Source of the DNA: Octopus bimaculoides
Lineage: Eukaryota
Assembly (NCBI RefSeq): GCF_001194135.2
Contig: NC_069003.1
Location: 24,474,220 to 24,511,683, forward strand
Direction: 5' to 3'
DNA: 37,464 bases
Shown: in pieces, positions 22,685 through 32,999 of the stretch
Numbering within the stretch: the stretch's first letter is position 1
How the letters are laid out: each line of letters starts with the position of its first letter
Notes under the pieces: generated by a model
Database searches by the model: none
What the model was told of the DNA's origin: nothing
Seen by the model: the letters and a program-made list of their open reading frames with translations, nothing else
Program-made: the position numbers and the translations under genes

Positions 22685-23317
22685 ATGAACATGTCCATTC
22701 TTGCCCTGGCTGTTTTCGCATCCGTCTTCCTTTTGGTAAACAGTTCAGTTATACCCCACGGTGAACACTATGGTGAACACTATGGAAAAGCAGGTCACGA
22801 TGAAGCCCACCACGGTGTAGCTTCTGCTGAACACGTAGCAAACAACGCCTACGCTGAACACGGTGAACATGGTGTGAAAGCCGCCTACGACGTCGGTTAC
22901 CGCAACCATGAACACGATCACGTGGACAACTATGGACACCATGAACATGACGAGGACCACGACAAACACAAGGACGACATGTTGGAAAAATACGGAAACT
23001 TTGTTGCTCACGCTGGCCACAATGCATACGGTGGTGAACACAGTGCTGTAGCTGGACACGCTGATGTGTACGGCGCCGCAGGTGGACATGGCGGATTTTC
23101 CGGTCCCGGTTATGCTGGAAATGGATTCGGTCACGGTGGTTTTGGTGGTCATGGCTTCGGAGGTCTTGGTGGCCACGGCGGTTTTGGTCATGGTGGTTTT
23201 GGTGGCCATGGTGGTTTTGGTGGTCACGGTGGTCACGGTTTTGGTGGACATGGTTTTGCTGGACACGGTTATGGTGGACATGGTGGTTTTGGTGGCTATG
23301 GCGGATACGGTCATTAA
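22685..23317 (+). CDS. Secreted His/Gly-rich structural protein A (210 aa), similar in composition to squid histidine-rich beak proteins
   Basis: Signal peptide MNMSILALAVFASVFLLVNS, His/Asp/Glu-rich block, then GHGGFG-type repeats. About 33 His (16%). Intact paralog at 32106-32849; acceptor upstream and AATAAA downstream. Confidence 0.93.
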   Translation: MNMSILALAVFASVFLLVNSSVIPHGEHYGEHYGKAGHDEAHHGVASAEHVANNAYAEHGEHGVKAAYDVGYRNHEHDHVDNYGHHEHDEDHDKHKDDMLEKYGNFVAHAGHNAYGGEHSAVAGHADVYGAAGGHGGFSGPGYAGNGFGHGGFGGHGFGGLGGHGGFGHGGFGGHGGFGGHGGHGFGGHGFAGHGYGGHGGFGGYGGYGH

Positions 23318-23332
23318 AAATAACTTTGTAAA

Positions 23333-23411
23333 AATAAATTCTCTTATTTCTATCACACTTTACATCCCAAAAAGATGAACCGTATCGATTTACTACCTGT
23401 TGTTGAATAAA
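23333..23411 (+). terminator. Candidate polyadenylation signals of gene A
   Basis: AATAAA at 23333-23338 and 23406-23411. The second (AATAAACG) has a counterpart in gene B at 32017-32022. Confidence 0.6.
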
Positions 23412-23656
23412 CGGGTGTTTTCACCCAAGTTGTACGTATTAAATATCTGTTTTGTTTTTATTATTACATTTATTTCATATTAGCTGGATGGCCTCTTGGT
23501 TAGGAAGACACACCTACGAGCTAAGAGTTAATTTCTTCACATCTATTTAATTTTTAATGGATGTATTCTTGGTTAGGGAAACACAGCTTCGAACTAAGAA
23601 CTAAATTCTTCACATTTATTTCCACCGCTCTTACGTCTTTAGATTCATTCACGTCT

Positions 23657-23888
23657 AATTTCATTATTGCCCAAAAGGGGCTAAACATAGAGGGGACAAA
23701 CAAGGACAGACAAAGGGATTAAGTCGATTACATCGACCCCAGTGCGTAAATGGTTCTTAATTTATCGACCCCGAAAGGTTGAAAGGCAAAGTCGACCTCG
23801 GCGAAATTTGAACTCAGAACGTAGCGGCAGACGAAATACCGCTAAGCATCTCGCCCGGCGTGCTAACGTTTCTGCCAGCTCACCGCCT
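23657..23888 (-). mobile_element. Young family 1 SINE with 17-bp TSD
   Basis: Near-consensus head. TAGATTCATTCAC(G/A)TCT at 23640-23656 and 23889-23905. Confidence 0.9.
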
Positions 23889-24032
23889 TAGATTCATTCA
23901 CATCTTTCATCCCACATTACCGACACTTGTCACGGACCCTCTATAAAATAAGTTTCGGTAACTTTACTCGTGTTGCTTTTTAACCCCAGGTCAACCACTA
24001 TATAGAATTCCTGTTCTGACTATTACATCTAT

Positions 24033-24345
24033 TCGGTTTACGAATTTAATTCGTTCCTGAAGGCCGTTCGTCACTCGAAACGCTCGTAAACCGAAACTAT
24101 TTTTCCCATAGGAAATTCAAAACAAAACACGGCGAATTCGAACAGGGATGTGCACTGAGCGAAAGCTAGACAGCAACTGACGTTCTCCCGCTGATACTCC
24201 CAGTTTGTCGCGCCAACCATTGCTGTCGGCTTGCGTGTTCGTTACTCCAGACACATTTCATCACCCGAGACATTTTATGTACGAAAACTTGCTCATAGAT
24301 CGATTTGTTCGTGATGGTAGGCGTTCGTAAACTGAAGTTCCACGG
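24033..24345. mobile_element. Tigger-like MITE
   Basis: Right end reads (reverse complement) TA-CCGTGGAACTTCAGTTTACGAACG, like Tigger TIRs. Left end TCGGTTTACGAATTTAATTCGTTCC is partly eroded. Confidence 0.6.
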
Positions 24346-24780
24346 TAGTACTTTTCTTTTAGGATGGTAAGATGTGGTTTAAGAGAATCGTAACTATCAT
24401 GTGTGTGTGTGTGTGTGTGTGTGTTGTACGTATATGTGTATGTTTATATGCATGCCTGTGTATGTATAAACGAATGTAAGTAATAAGTATGTATGCATAT
24501 GTGTGTATATATGTATGTATGTACGTGTGTATGCGAGTATGTATAGATGGATGTATGAGTATATTAGTCGTCGATATACATTTGTGAAGGATATGAGAAT
24601 CGTTCAGGAAGCCGACAAGCTGTTACCTTATAAAGAAATTTCATGGAGATATTTTTGTGCACAAAATTACGCACAATCCCTTGTCAATCTCACCGTCAGA
24701 AAAATTGAGTCATTTGTCAATGGGAAAGATGTAACCAACGACGTTATTGTTCACCCATTGCGATATTAAATAAATAGCTA

Positions 24781-26415
24781 ACACAAAGTCCTGAGTAGAT
24801 ATAATCGACTATTCTCAGCCACTATATTTTATCGACCCTGGAGGGTTGAAAGACAACGGTGACGTTTACAGTATTCGAATTCAGAATGTAATGAGTCAGA
24901 ATAAATACCCCAAGTCATTTTTCCGACGCTCTGACGATTCTACCAATCCGCCAGCCGGAAAATATTTATAATGGTTTCTGATTTATGCACAAGGTTAGCA
25001 ATTCTGAAGGGAAATAATTAGTTGATATCATCTAAATGATTGTTTACTTTACTTTATCGACCCAGAAGAGGTGTAAAGCAAGATTGACCTCGGCGGAATT
25101 TGAACGCAGAACGTAAAGGCGGGCGAAATGTCCCTAAGCATTTTGTCCGGCGTTTCTAACGATTCTGCTAGCTAACCGCCTTAATAATAGTTTCAAATTT
25201 TAGTACATGGCCAGCAATTTAGTGGGAGGTGAGTAAGTCGATTACATCTATCCCAGCGCTCAACTGGTACTGGTACTAATTTTAACGATACTGAAAGGGA
25301 AAAAAACAAAGTCAACCTCGGTAGAATTTGAACTCAGAACGTAAAGACGGACGAAATAAATGTCGCCAAGCATTTTACCCAGCATGCTAACGATTCTGCC
25401 AACTCACCGCCTTGATAATCCTTTCTACTGGAAGCACAAGGCCTCAAATATGGGGGAAGGGATTAAGTCGATTACATCGACCCCAGTTTTTCAGTGGTAC
25501 TTATTTAATTGATCCCGAAAAGATAAAAGGCAAAGTCGACCTCGGCAGAATTTGAACTCAGAGCGTGAAGACTACAAAGCATTTTGCCCGGCGTATTAAC
25601 AATTCTGCCCGCTCGCCGCCTTGCTAATTCTTTCTAATGGAAGCACAAGGCCTCAAATTTAGGCGAAGGGATTAAATCGATTACATCGAGCCCTGTGCGT
25701 AACTGGTAGTTATTTAATCGACCCTGATAGGATAAAGGCAAAGTCGACCTCGGCGGAATTTGAACTCAGAACGTAGTGACAGAAGAAATACCACTAAGCA
25801 TTTGGCCCGGCGTGCTAACGATTCTGCCAGCTCGCCGCCTTAATAATAATGTTAATTCATTCTAATTTTGGCACAAATCTACCAAATTTATGGGGAGGGG
25901 TAGTCGATTTTATTAACCCCAGGAATTGGTTGGTGCTTATGTTGTTGTTGTTGTTGGCACTCCGTTGCTTACGACGTCGAGGGTTCCAGTTGATCCGATC
26001 AACGGAACAGCCTGCTCGTGAAATTAACGTGCAAGTAGCTGAACACTCCACAGACACGTGTACCCTTAACGTAGTTCTCGGGGATATTCAACGTGACACA
26101 GAGTGACAAGGTTGGCCCTTTGAATTACAGGCACAACAGAAACAGGAAGTAAGAGTGAGAGAAAGTTGTGGTGAAAGAGTACAGCAGGGTTCGCAACCAT
26201 CCCCTGCCGGAGCCTTGTGGAGCTTTAGGTGTTTTCACCCAATAAACACTCACAACGCCCGGTCTGGGAATCGAAACCGCGATCCTATGACTGCGAGTCC
26301 GCTGCCCTAACCACTGGGCCATTGCGCCTCCACTGGTGTTTATATTATCGACACCAGAAAGAAGAAAAGCAAAGCTGATCTTGGCGGCGTGATCTGAGCT
26401 CAGGACGTAAAGAGC
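24781..26415 (-). repeat. Head-to-tail array of six family 1 SINE copies
   Basis: Units at about 24781-24958, 24965-25182, 25183-25413, 25415-25622, 25623-25840 and 25850-26415 (the last is interrupted), each with the GAATTTGAACTCAG-type core. Confidence 0.8.
25941..26333 (-). mobile_element. tRNA-derived SINE (family 4) with (CAA)n tail and 10-bp TSD
   Basis: Head GTGGAGGCGCAATGGCCCAGTGGTTAG...GGTTTCGATTCCC. TGGTG(C/T)TTAT at 25931-25940 and 26334-26343. Second copy at 30476-30744. Confidence 0.88.
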
Positions 26416-26630
26416 ATCTAGATATGTATATATCAATCGAGCCTTTCTCAGTTTCCGTCTACTAATCTATTCACAAGGCTTTGGTCGGCCCGGGGTTATA
26501 GTAGGATATACCATGCACTGGTAATGAACCCAGAACCATATAGTTGAGAAGCAAGCTTCTCAACACACAGTCACGCCTGCACCTTACATATACATTTCAC
26601 GAAAACAGTAATAATATTTTAATCCCTAAC

Positions 26631-28034
26631 TTATTCAGACATCACGGAATTAATTCAAGTTACCTGTAACCTCTACAATTGCAAGAGATGCTCAAAGGGT
26701 GGTCATTAGCTTCCATTAGTACGGTGAACCGTTGTTTGGGCTACATTGGCCAAAGTGTCCTGTAGGATTCCTGCACATGCTGAACCAATTTCTTCCGGAA
26801 GAGCCATCAGTGTAGCCGGCTCTCTGCGATACAAGATATCCTTTTGGGCACCCCATAATTAAAAGTAAAAGGAGAACGTTCGGGAAAACCAGCGGCAAAT
26901 CTTCGTCCTATCCAGTGTCCTTAAAAATTCCCATCCAGGTACGTTCGCATGTTCAGCAGTAATAGGGTGATACGCCAGCTGAGTGGACTGGAGCAACGTG
27001 AAATATAGTGTCTTGCTCAAGGACACAACGCGTCGCCGGGAATTGAACTCACGACCTTATGATCATGAGCCGAATGCCCCTAACCATTAAGCCACGCGCC
27101 CTCACGTCTAGGTACGCTTGACCAGTGAAAATACCTTCAAAGAAAAATAGTCCTATTAAGCCGTTAATGACACTCCACACCAGAGTTTAATTACCGGTGA
27201 ATTAACTATGTTGTCTACCAACAAACAAGACATTTCTGGTGCCCAATAAGTAGAATTATGTCCGTTCACTGTTCCATTTAGCTTAAATTGTGTTTCATCA
27301 CACCACACAATCGTCTGTGCAAACTTTTCCTCCTCGTCTACCATGCGTTGAAAGTACGAGTACTCACAAAACTCGATTCTTCGATCAGGGTCGTCATCGT
27401 TAATTGCATGTAATAATCTTGCAACGTAAACTTACCACTTAGCTCTTTTAGGAACGTGCCATATGCTTGAAGTGTTAATTTCTATCTCTTGTGGTGAGGG
27501 CCTGAAATGTTCCAACACCATAGCCGCTGAAGCAGCGTTCGTTATTGTACGAGGTCTGCTGAATTTTCTCTTTTGCATACGGTAGCATATGTTTCGAATT
27601 TATCACGAATCCGTGTCACTGTCAGGCGCGTTGGAAATTCTGTTCGAAATTCAGGCCTCCACTGTCTTTGAATTTTAACAACATCCGCAAATTTGAAATA
27701 TCACTTTAGAATGGTTTTTGCGTTCCTTAAATGACAACCGTACCTCTGTCATTTTGTCACAGTTACTCACAATAGCATCAAGAATTATAAGAAAGTCTCC
27801 AGTTTTTTAATCTCAAAATAATGTCCATTTACTATTTCATATATCAACAATTGATCAAGTGAAATCGAACTTTTTCAATATCGGTATTTTTAAAATGAAA
27901 ATCTTTGGAAAATATTTCATTAATTTTGTTTTTAAGCCAACATGATAAAAATGACAAAAAAAAAATATTACCTTGTGTCCTGTGGTGTCCGAATAAAAAA
28001 AAATGATTGTGTAAATCCCGTGATGTCTGAATAA
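26631..28034 (-). mobile_element. Degraded Tc1/mariner-superfamily (DD37D/maT-like) DNA transposon
   Basis: 17-bp inverted repeats TTATTCAGACATCACGG at 26631-26647 and 28018-28034. Minus-strand remnants run MTEVRLSFKERK (27752), PTRLTVTRIRDKFET, DDDPDRRIEFCE, IVWCDETQFKLNGTVN, WCGVS, GLIGLFFFEG, HWIGRR, FEHLL. Confidence 0.8.
26974..27105 (-). mobile_element. Family 3 SINE 5' half nested in the mariner-like element
   Basis: Reverse complement GGCGCGTGGCTTAATGGTTAG...GAGTTCAATTCCC...TGTGTCCTTGAGCAAG. Confidence 0.85.
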
Positions 28035-28737
28035 ACTTGGTATTAAAATATNNNNNNNNNNNNNNNNNNNNNNNNNNNNNNNNNNNNNNNNNNNNNNNNN
28101 NNNNNNNNNNNNNNNNNNNNNNNNNNNNNNNNNNNNNNNNNNNNNNNNNNNNNNNNNNNNNNNNNNNNNNNNNNNNNNNNNNNNNNNNNNNNNNNNNNNN
28201 NNNNNNNNNNNNNNNNNNNNNNNNNNNNNNNNNNNNNNNNNNNNNNNNNNNNNNNNNNNNNNNNNNNNNNNNNNNNNNNNNNNNNNNNNNNNNNNNNNNN
28301 NNNNNNNNNNNNNNNNNNNNNNNNNNNNNNNNNNNNNNNNNNNNNNNNNNNNNNNNNNNNNNNNNNNNNNNNNNNNNNNNNNNNNNNNNNNNNNNNNNNN
28401 NNNNNNNNNNNNNNNNNNNNNNNNNNNNNNNNNNNNNNNNNNNNNNNNNNNNNNNNNNNNNNNNNNNNNNNNNNNNNNNNNNNNNNNNNNNNNNNNNNNN
28501 NNNNNNNNNNNNNNNNNNNNNNNNNNNNNNNNNNNNNNNNNNNNNNNNNNNNNNNNNNNNNNNNNNNNNNNNNNNNNNNNNNNNNNNNNNNNNNNNNNNN
28601 NNNNNNNNNNNNNNNNNNNNNNNNNNNNNNNNNNNNNNNNNNNNNNNNNNNNNNNNNNNNNNNNNNNNNNNNNNNNNNNNNNNNNNNNNNNNNNNNNNNN
28701 NNNNNNNNNNNNNNNNNNNNNNNNNNNNNNNNNNNNA

Positions 28738-28834
28738 CAGAGACGTATACACACCAACACTGGTTGTCAAGTGGTAGCGGGTGACAAATACAGACACAGG
28801 CACAAACACACACACACAGGCACGCATACAAACA

Positions 28835-28877
<43 letters not shown>

Positions 28878-28970
28878 GGCTTCTTTCAGTTTCCATCAAC
28901 CAAATCGGCTCGAGGATATAGAACTTTTCGAGTTGCCACACAGTGGAACTGAACCCGGAACCACACAGTG
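28738..28970 (-). mobile_element. Family 2 SINE fragment
   Basis: GACGTATACACACC...(AT)n...CGGGCTTCTTTCAGTTTCC...GGAACTGAACCCGG. Confidence 0.7.
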
Positions 28971-29212
28971 ACGCTTAAGTTCTTCATTCTCTACGAAGTA
29001 TAGTATAGGCCATCGACGACTTTTCTCCATTTTTCTCGACAGTGGGCTATCTTCAAGGCCACTCCCTCAGTAAGATAGGGAGAAACCCCTAAAGCAAGGC
29101 CTTCTTTTCTAAATTTTACTGGTTTTGAATTGTCATCGTTGCTTCTGTAACTTTCTGTTTTTGTCTTATGGTAAGGGTGTTGGCCTTACGGAGACCCATT
29201 TTTACATCTGGA

Positions 29213-29327
29213 AAGTAGTCTGGCTCTCCTCTAACCTAGCAGTATGTGACGCCATACCAGGAGCTTGAACTCCACATGCTTACATCTCGGGTCATTGAAG
29301 CTCACAAGTTACCACACAGCTACAAGG
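29213..29327 (-). mobile_element. Probable RTE-clade LINE 5' UTR fragment
   Basis: Reverse complement CCTTGTAGCTGTGTGG...GAGCTTCAATGACCC...GGAGTTCAAGCTCCTGGTATGG...GGAGAGCCAGAC resembles, from recall, RTE 5' ends. Confidence 0.45.
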
Positions 29328-29430
29328 ACTAGACCATGCTGTATGAAACTAATAATACAAATAATTTAATCTCAACGAGATCCTGCAATTCCTGTTTGCA
29401 ATTACTATCTGCAATTATTAATAATGATAA

Positions 29431-29883
29431 TTTCAAATTTTGTCATAAGACCAACAATTTCGTGGGGAGGGGGTACATCGATTATATTGACCTCAGTACT
29501 CAACTGGTACTTATTTTATTGACCCCGTATGGATGAAAAGCAAAGTCGGCCTCGGCAGAATTTGAACTCAGAACGCAAAGACGGACCAAAAGTCGCTAAG
29601 CATTTCTCCTATCGTGCTAACAATTCTGCCAGATTGTCGCTTTTTTTTTTGCAATTACCAATAATAATCCTTTCTACTAAAAGCACAAGGCCTGAAATTT
29701 TGGCGGAAGGGGACTAGTCGATTACATCGACCCCAGCGTTTCGCTGGTATTTAATTTATCGACTCTAAAAAGATGAATGCAAAGTCGACCTCGGCAGAAT
29801 TTGAACTCAGAATGTGAAGACGGAGAGAATGTCGCCAAGTATTTTTTTTCCTGCGAGCTAACGGTTCTGCTAGCTTGCAGCCT
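29431..29883 (-). mobile_element. Two tandem family 1 SINEs
   Basis: Units at 29431-29640 and 29667-29883, each with the family core. Confidence 0.8.
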
Positions 29884-30475
29884 TTTTTGCAATTACTACT
29901 AATACAAATGATTTAATCTTAACGAGACACTGCAATTACAATTTGCTCCACCTGTTATAAATACTCAAGTGAACTAGACTATCTACAGCCTGCCAGAAGA
30001 TGTCGGTGATATTATTAACCCATTGCTTGCCATGAACCCTATTTGGGGATCTGCTAAAAACAGTCTCACTGACGGTTGTTCGTTGTATTTAAAGGGAATT
30101 GCTTATGTATATTGTATTTGCAGAGGTGTATTTAACAATATTTAGTAGTTAAAGTTTGTCATTATTATCCCTGGCTAATTCTAGGGGACATTTTATGTCA
30201 TAAATTGCAATTTTTGAACTACAAAAATATTGACTGTTTTGAAAACGCTTTTGTTTTTTCTTTTGCATTTCCCATTTATATCATTCATTGATATTTCACA
30301 CACATCCGCATTTGATACTATAGTTTCAAATAAAATAGAATGTTTATTATTGCAATTGAATATAACAGGNNNNNNNNNNNNNNNNNNNNNNNNNNNNNNN
30401 NNNNNNNNNNNNNNNNNNNNNNNNNNNNNNNNNNNNNNNNNNNNNNNNNNNNNNNNNNNNNNNNNNNNNNNNNNN

Positions 30476-30744
30476 TAACGTAGTTCTCGGGGGATATTCA
30501 GCGTGACACAGTGTGACAGGGCTGACCCTTTGAATTACAGGCACGACAGAAACAGGAAGTAAGGGTGAGAGAAAGTTGTGGTGGAAGAGTACAGCAGCGT
30601 TCGCCACCATCCCCTGCCGGAGCCTCGTGGAACTTTTAGGTGTTTTCGCTCAATAAACACTCACAGCGCCCGGTATGGGAATCGAAACCGCGATCCAATG
30701 ACCGCGAGTCCGCTGCCCTAACCACTGGGCCATTGCGCCTCCAC
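30476..30744 (-). mobile_element. Family 4 SINE, 3' end lost in gap
   Basis: High identity to the head-side 270 bp of 25941-26333. Confidence 0.88.
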
Positions 30745-32016
30745 AAATAGTCGACAGATATAAACACTATTCTACATATGCTGTACATCTGCCTTGTGTG
30801 GACTCTCACTCCTTCTCTTTGACGTTTACAGATTTATAGTATGAAGTGTCGTTTCGATGGTCAGATATATTGCTTTTTTCTCCCTAATTTGGGTTTAGAA
30901 GAAGAACATCCAGTGAGAATTAATTAATGTCGAGGATCATTTTAACGCGCATTTTGTTTGAGTCGTTTGTCTCTCTTGGAGTATTATGCATAAAGAGCAA
31001 GGTATTCAGAGATTATCTAGATACGGAAGTCAGTCTATCGCAGATCATTCAAATTACTTCTTACAAAAGATTTTAAATGCACTGTCACCAAATCAAATAC
31101 ATGCCATATATGCAACAGTGAACTGTTATTAAGTAAGTACTTGGGAACAACGTTATCAATCAGGCTATTATCAGTTAATAATTTCTTCATCGTAATACAC
31201 CGTAAAAATAGAAGTGTGGTTTGTTGAATGGTCCAGGCATTCATCTGGAGTCCTAAGTTAGGAATTGAAATCTACTATCGACATATTACTGGATTTTAGA
31301 GCAGATTTTATTCTCTATTTATTCGGCTTACTTACTGTCACAAACAAGCACCAGATTTATGCCCATGTCTTGTGAGAAGACTCATATCTTTCAATGAATT
31401 ATCTGAGAAGTGGTCTTTAAAAGCCACTAAGGACTCATGAAGCATTTACATTCAGAATTCATACTGGAGCGTCACCAGACTTAAAAAGTCTGTAAGCTTG
31501 TAATTCTGAATAAAACAAAGTAAGCATCTATACTATAATAATGAAAACAGCTTATTAATTGGTTTGTAGTATGCAACTATTACTAAAGGTAAGCAATTAT
31601 TAAAGCCTACAGTGTCTAGAAAATTCTTTAAGATTCTAATCTATATATATTTTTCTCAAAACGTGATTTTTCAAACAATCTTTGCTTTTCGAGATCTCAG
31701 ATACAGACAGTTTTAATTTACTGCAGGGTTGCATTTTCATTTAACACTCTCTCTTACACTTTCTGACGCTACTTTTCTACAGGCATACCAGAAAGAACAT
31801 TGCCCCAAACCATAAGTTTCATCTCGCATCAACCAAATTATGGTGATTTCAGTATGTTTGTTGGATGTTGTTGAAGAAGAAAGTGGTTTTAATTTATATA
31901 CGTAAATAGTACCAAATATAAAATTGTTATGATATGAAAAAATAATATACAGAAGAAGAAAAAAAGAAGAAAAAAGACAAGAAATAATTGCCAGCAACAT
32001 TGACAGTAATTTTACG

Positions 32017-32022
32017 TTTATT
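32017..32022 (-). terminator. Candidate polyadenylation signal of gene B
   Basis: TTTATT on +, 84 nt past the stop codon, in the same AATAAACG context as gene A. Confidence 0.55.
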
Positions 32023-32105
32023 TAATTACAAACAGCAACAAATTGTATTAATTATTGGTATTTTTCTTTAGAATTAGGGAGTTCTCATTTTTTTAAAAGT
32101 CATGT

Positions 32106-32849
32106 TTAATAATGGCCATGTCCATAGCCATATCCATCAAAGCCATGACCAGCAAAACCGTTTCCTGCAAGAGCATGTCCATCGTAGCCATGTCCACCAT
32201 AACCATATCCACCATAACCTAAACCGCCATAGCCGTATCCACCGTGCCCAGCAAGTCCACCGTGGCCAACAACACCACCGTGACCAACAGCACCACCGTG
32301 ACCAACAACACCACCGTGACCAGCAAAGCCACCGTGACCGGCAAGGCCACCGTGACCTGCTAGAGCACCACGACCAGCGAAACCGTATCCGCCAAAACCT
32401 CCGAAACCTACACGTCCATCAAAACCGGGACCAGCATATGCAGCATGTCCACCTTCAGCACCGTATGCATCAGCGTGTCCAGCTACAGCACTGTGTTCAC
32501 CACCGTATGCATTGTGGCCAGCGTGAGCAACAAAGTTTCCGTATTTTTCCAACATGTCGTCCTTGTGTTTGTCGTGGTCCTCGTCATGTTCATGGTGTCC
32601 ATAGTTGTCCACGTGATCGTGTTCATGGTTGCGGTAACCAACGTCGTAGGCGGCTTTCACACCGTCTTCACCGTGTTCAGAGTAGGCGTTGTTTGCTACG
32701 TGTTCAGCAGAAGCTACACCTTTGTGGGCTTCATCGTGGCCTTCTTTTCCATAGTGTTCACCATAGTGTTCACCGTGGGGTAAAACTGAACTGTTTACCA
32801 GAAGGAAGACGGATGCGAAAACAGCCAGGGCAAGAATGGACATGTTCAT
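32106..32849 (-). CDS. Secreted His/Gly-rich structural protein B (247 aa), inverted paralog of gene A
   Basis: 7 differences from A in the first 135 aa. Different Gly-rich tail with seven GHGGxx hexapeptides and GYG repeats. About 32 His (13%). Acceptor and 28-nt 5' UTR are conserved with A. Confidence 0.93.
   Translation of the reverse strand: MNMSILALAVFASVFLLVNSSVLPHGEHYGEHYGKEGHDEAHKGVASAEHVANNAYSEHGEDGVKAAYDVGYRNHEHDHVDNYGHHEHDEDHDKHKDDMLEKYGNFVAHAGHNAYGGEHSAVAGHADAYGAEGGHAAYAGPGFDGRVGFGGFGGYGFAGRGALAGHGGLAGHGGFAGHGGVVGHGGAVGHGGVVGHGGLAGHGGYGYGGLGYGGYGYGGHGYDGHALAGNGFAGHGFDGYGYGHGHY
32232..32357 (-). repeat. Coding 18-bp tandem repeat (GHGGxx x7)
   Basis: Repeated CCACCGTG(A/G)CC on +, period 18 nt. 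Confidence 0.9.
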
Positions 32850-32999
32850 GATGGCAGTTTATAGAGGACGTGGAGATCTGAAAATAAGGGGAAAAAAGTT
32901 GTTAATTAAGGTGATTATAAGAGGCATTAATAATGTTAATTAAAAGATATTCAAGTTTAAAACAACTATTATATCATTGATCAATTATACTGTAACATT

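Noticed and set aside
22685-23317. Naming genes A/B as suckerin, HBP or a cuticular RR protein
   Set aside because: Only compositional resemblance. No Pro-flanked Ala/Thr-rich suckerin modules, no RR consensus and no verified homology, so no gene symbol was assigned.
24781-25840. Regularly spaced repeats that could be read as a CRISPR-like array
   Set aside because: Units are ~200-bp SINE copies with Pol III boxes and no unique spacers. The context is eukaryotic with no cas genes.
32102-32851. 249-aa His/Gln/Arg-rich ORF exactly antisense to gene B, and similar antisense ORFs over gene A (22745-23356, 22749-23027, 32445-32783)
   Set aside because: Shadow frames of Gly/His codon repeats, which rarely create stops on the other strand. 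No signal peptide or splice context, and the equivalent frame over gene A is much shorter.
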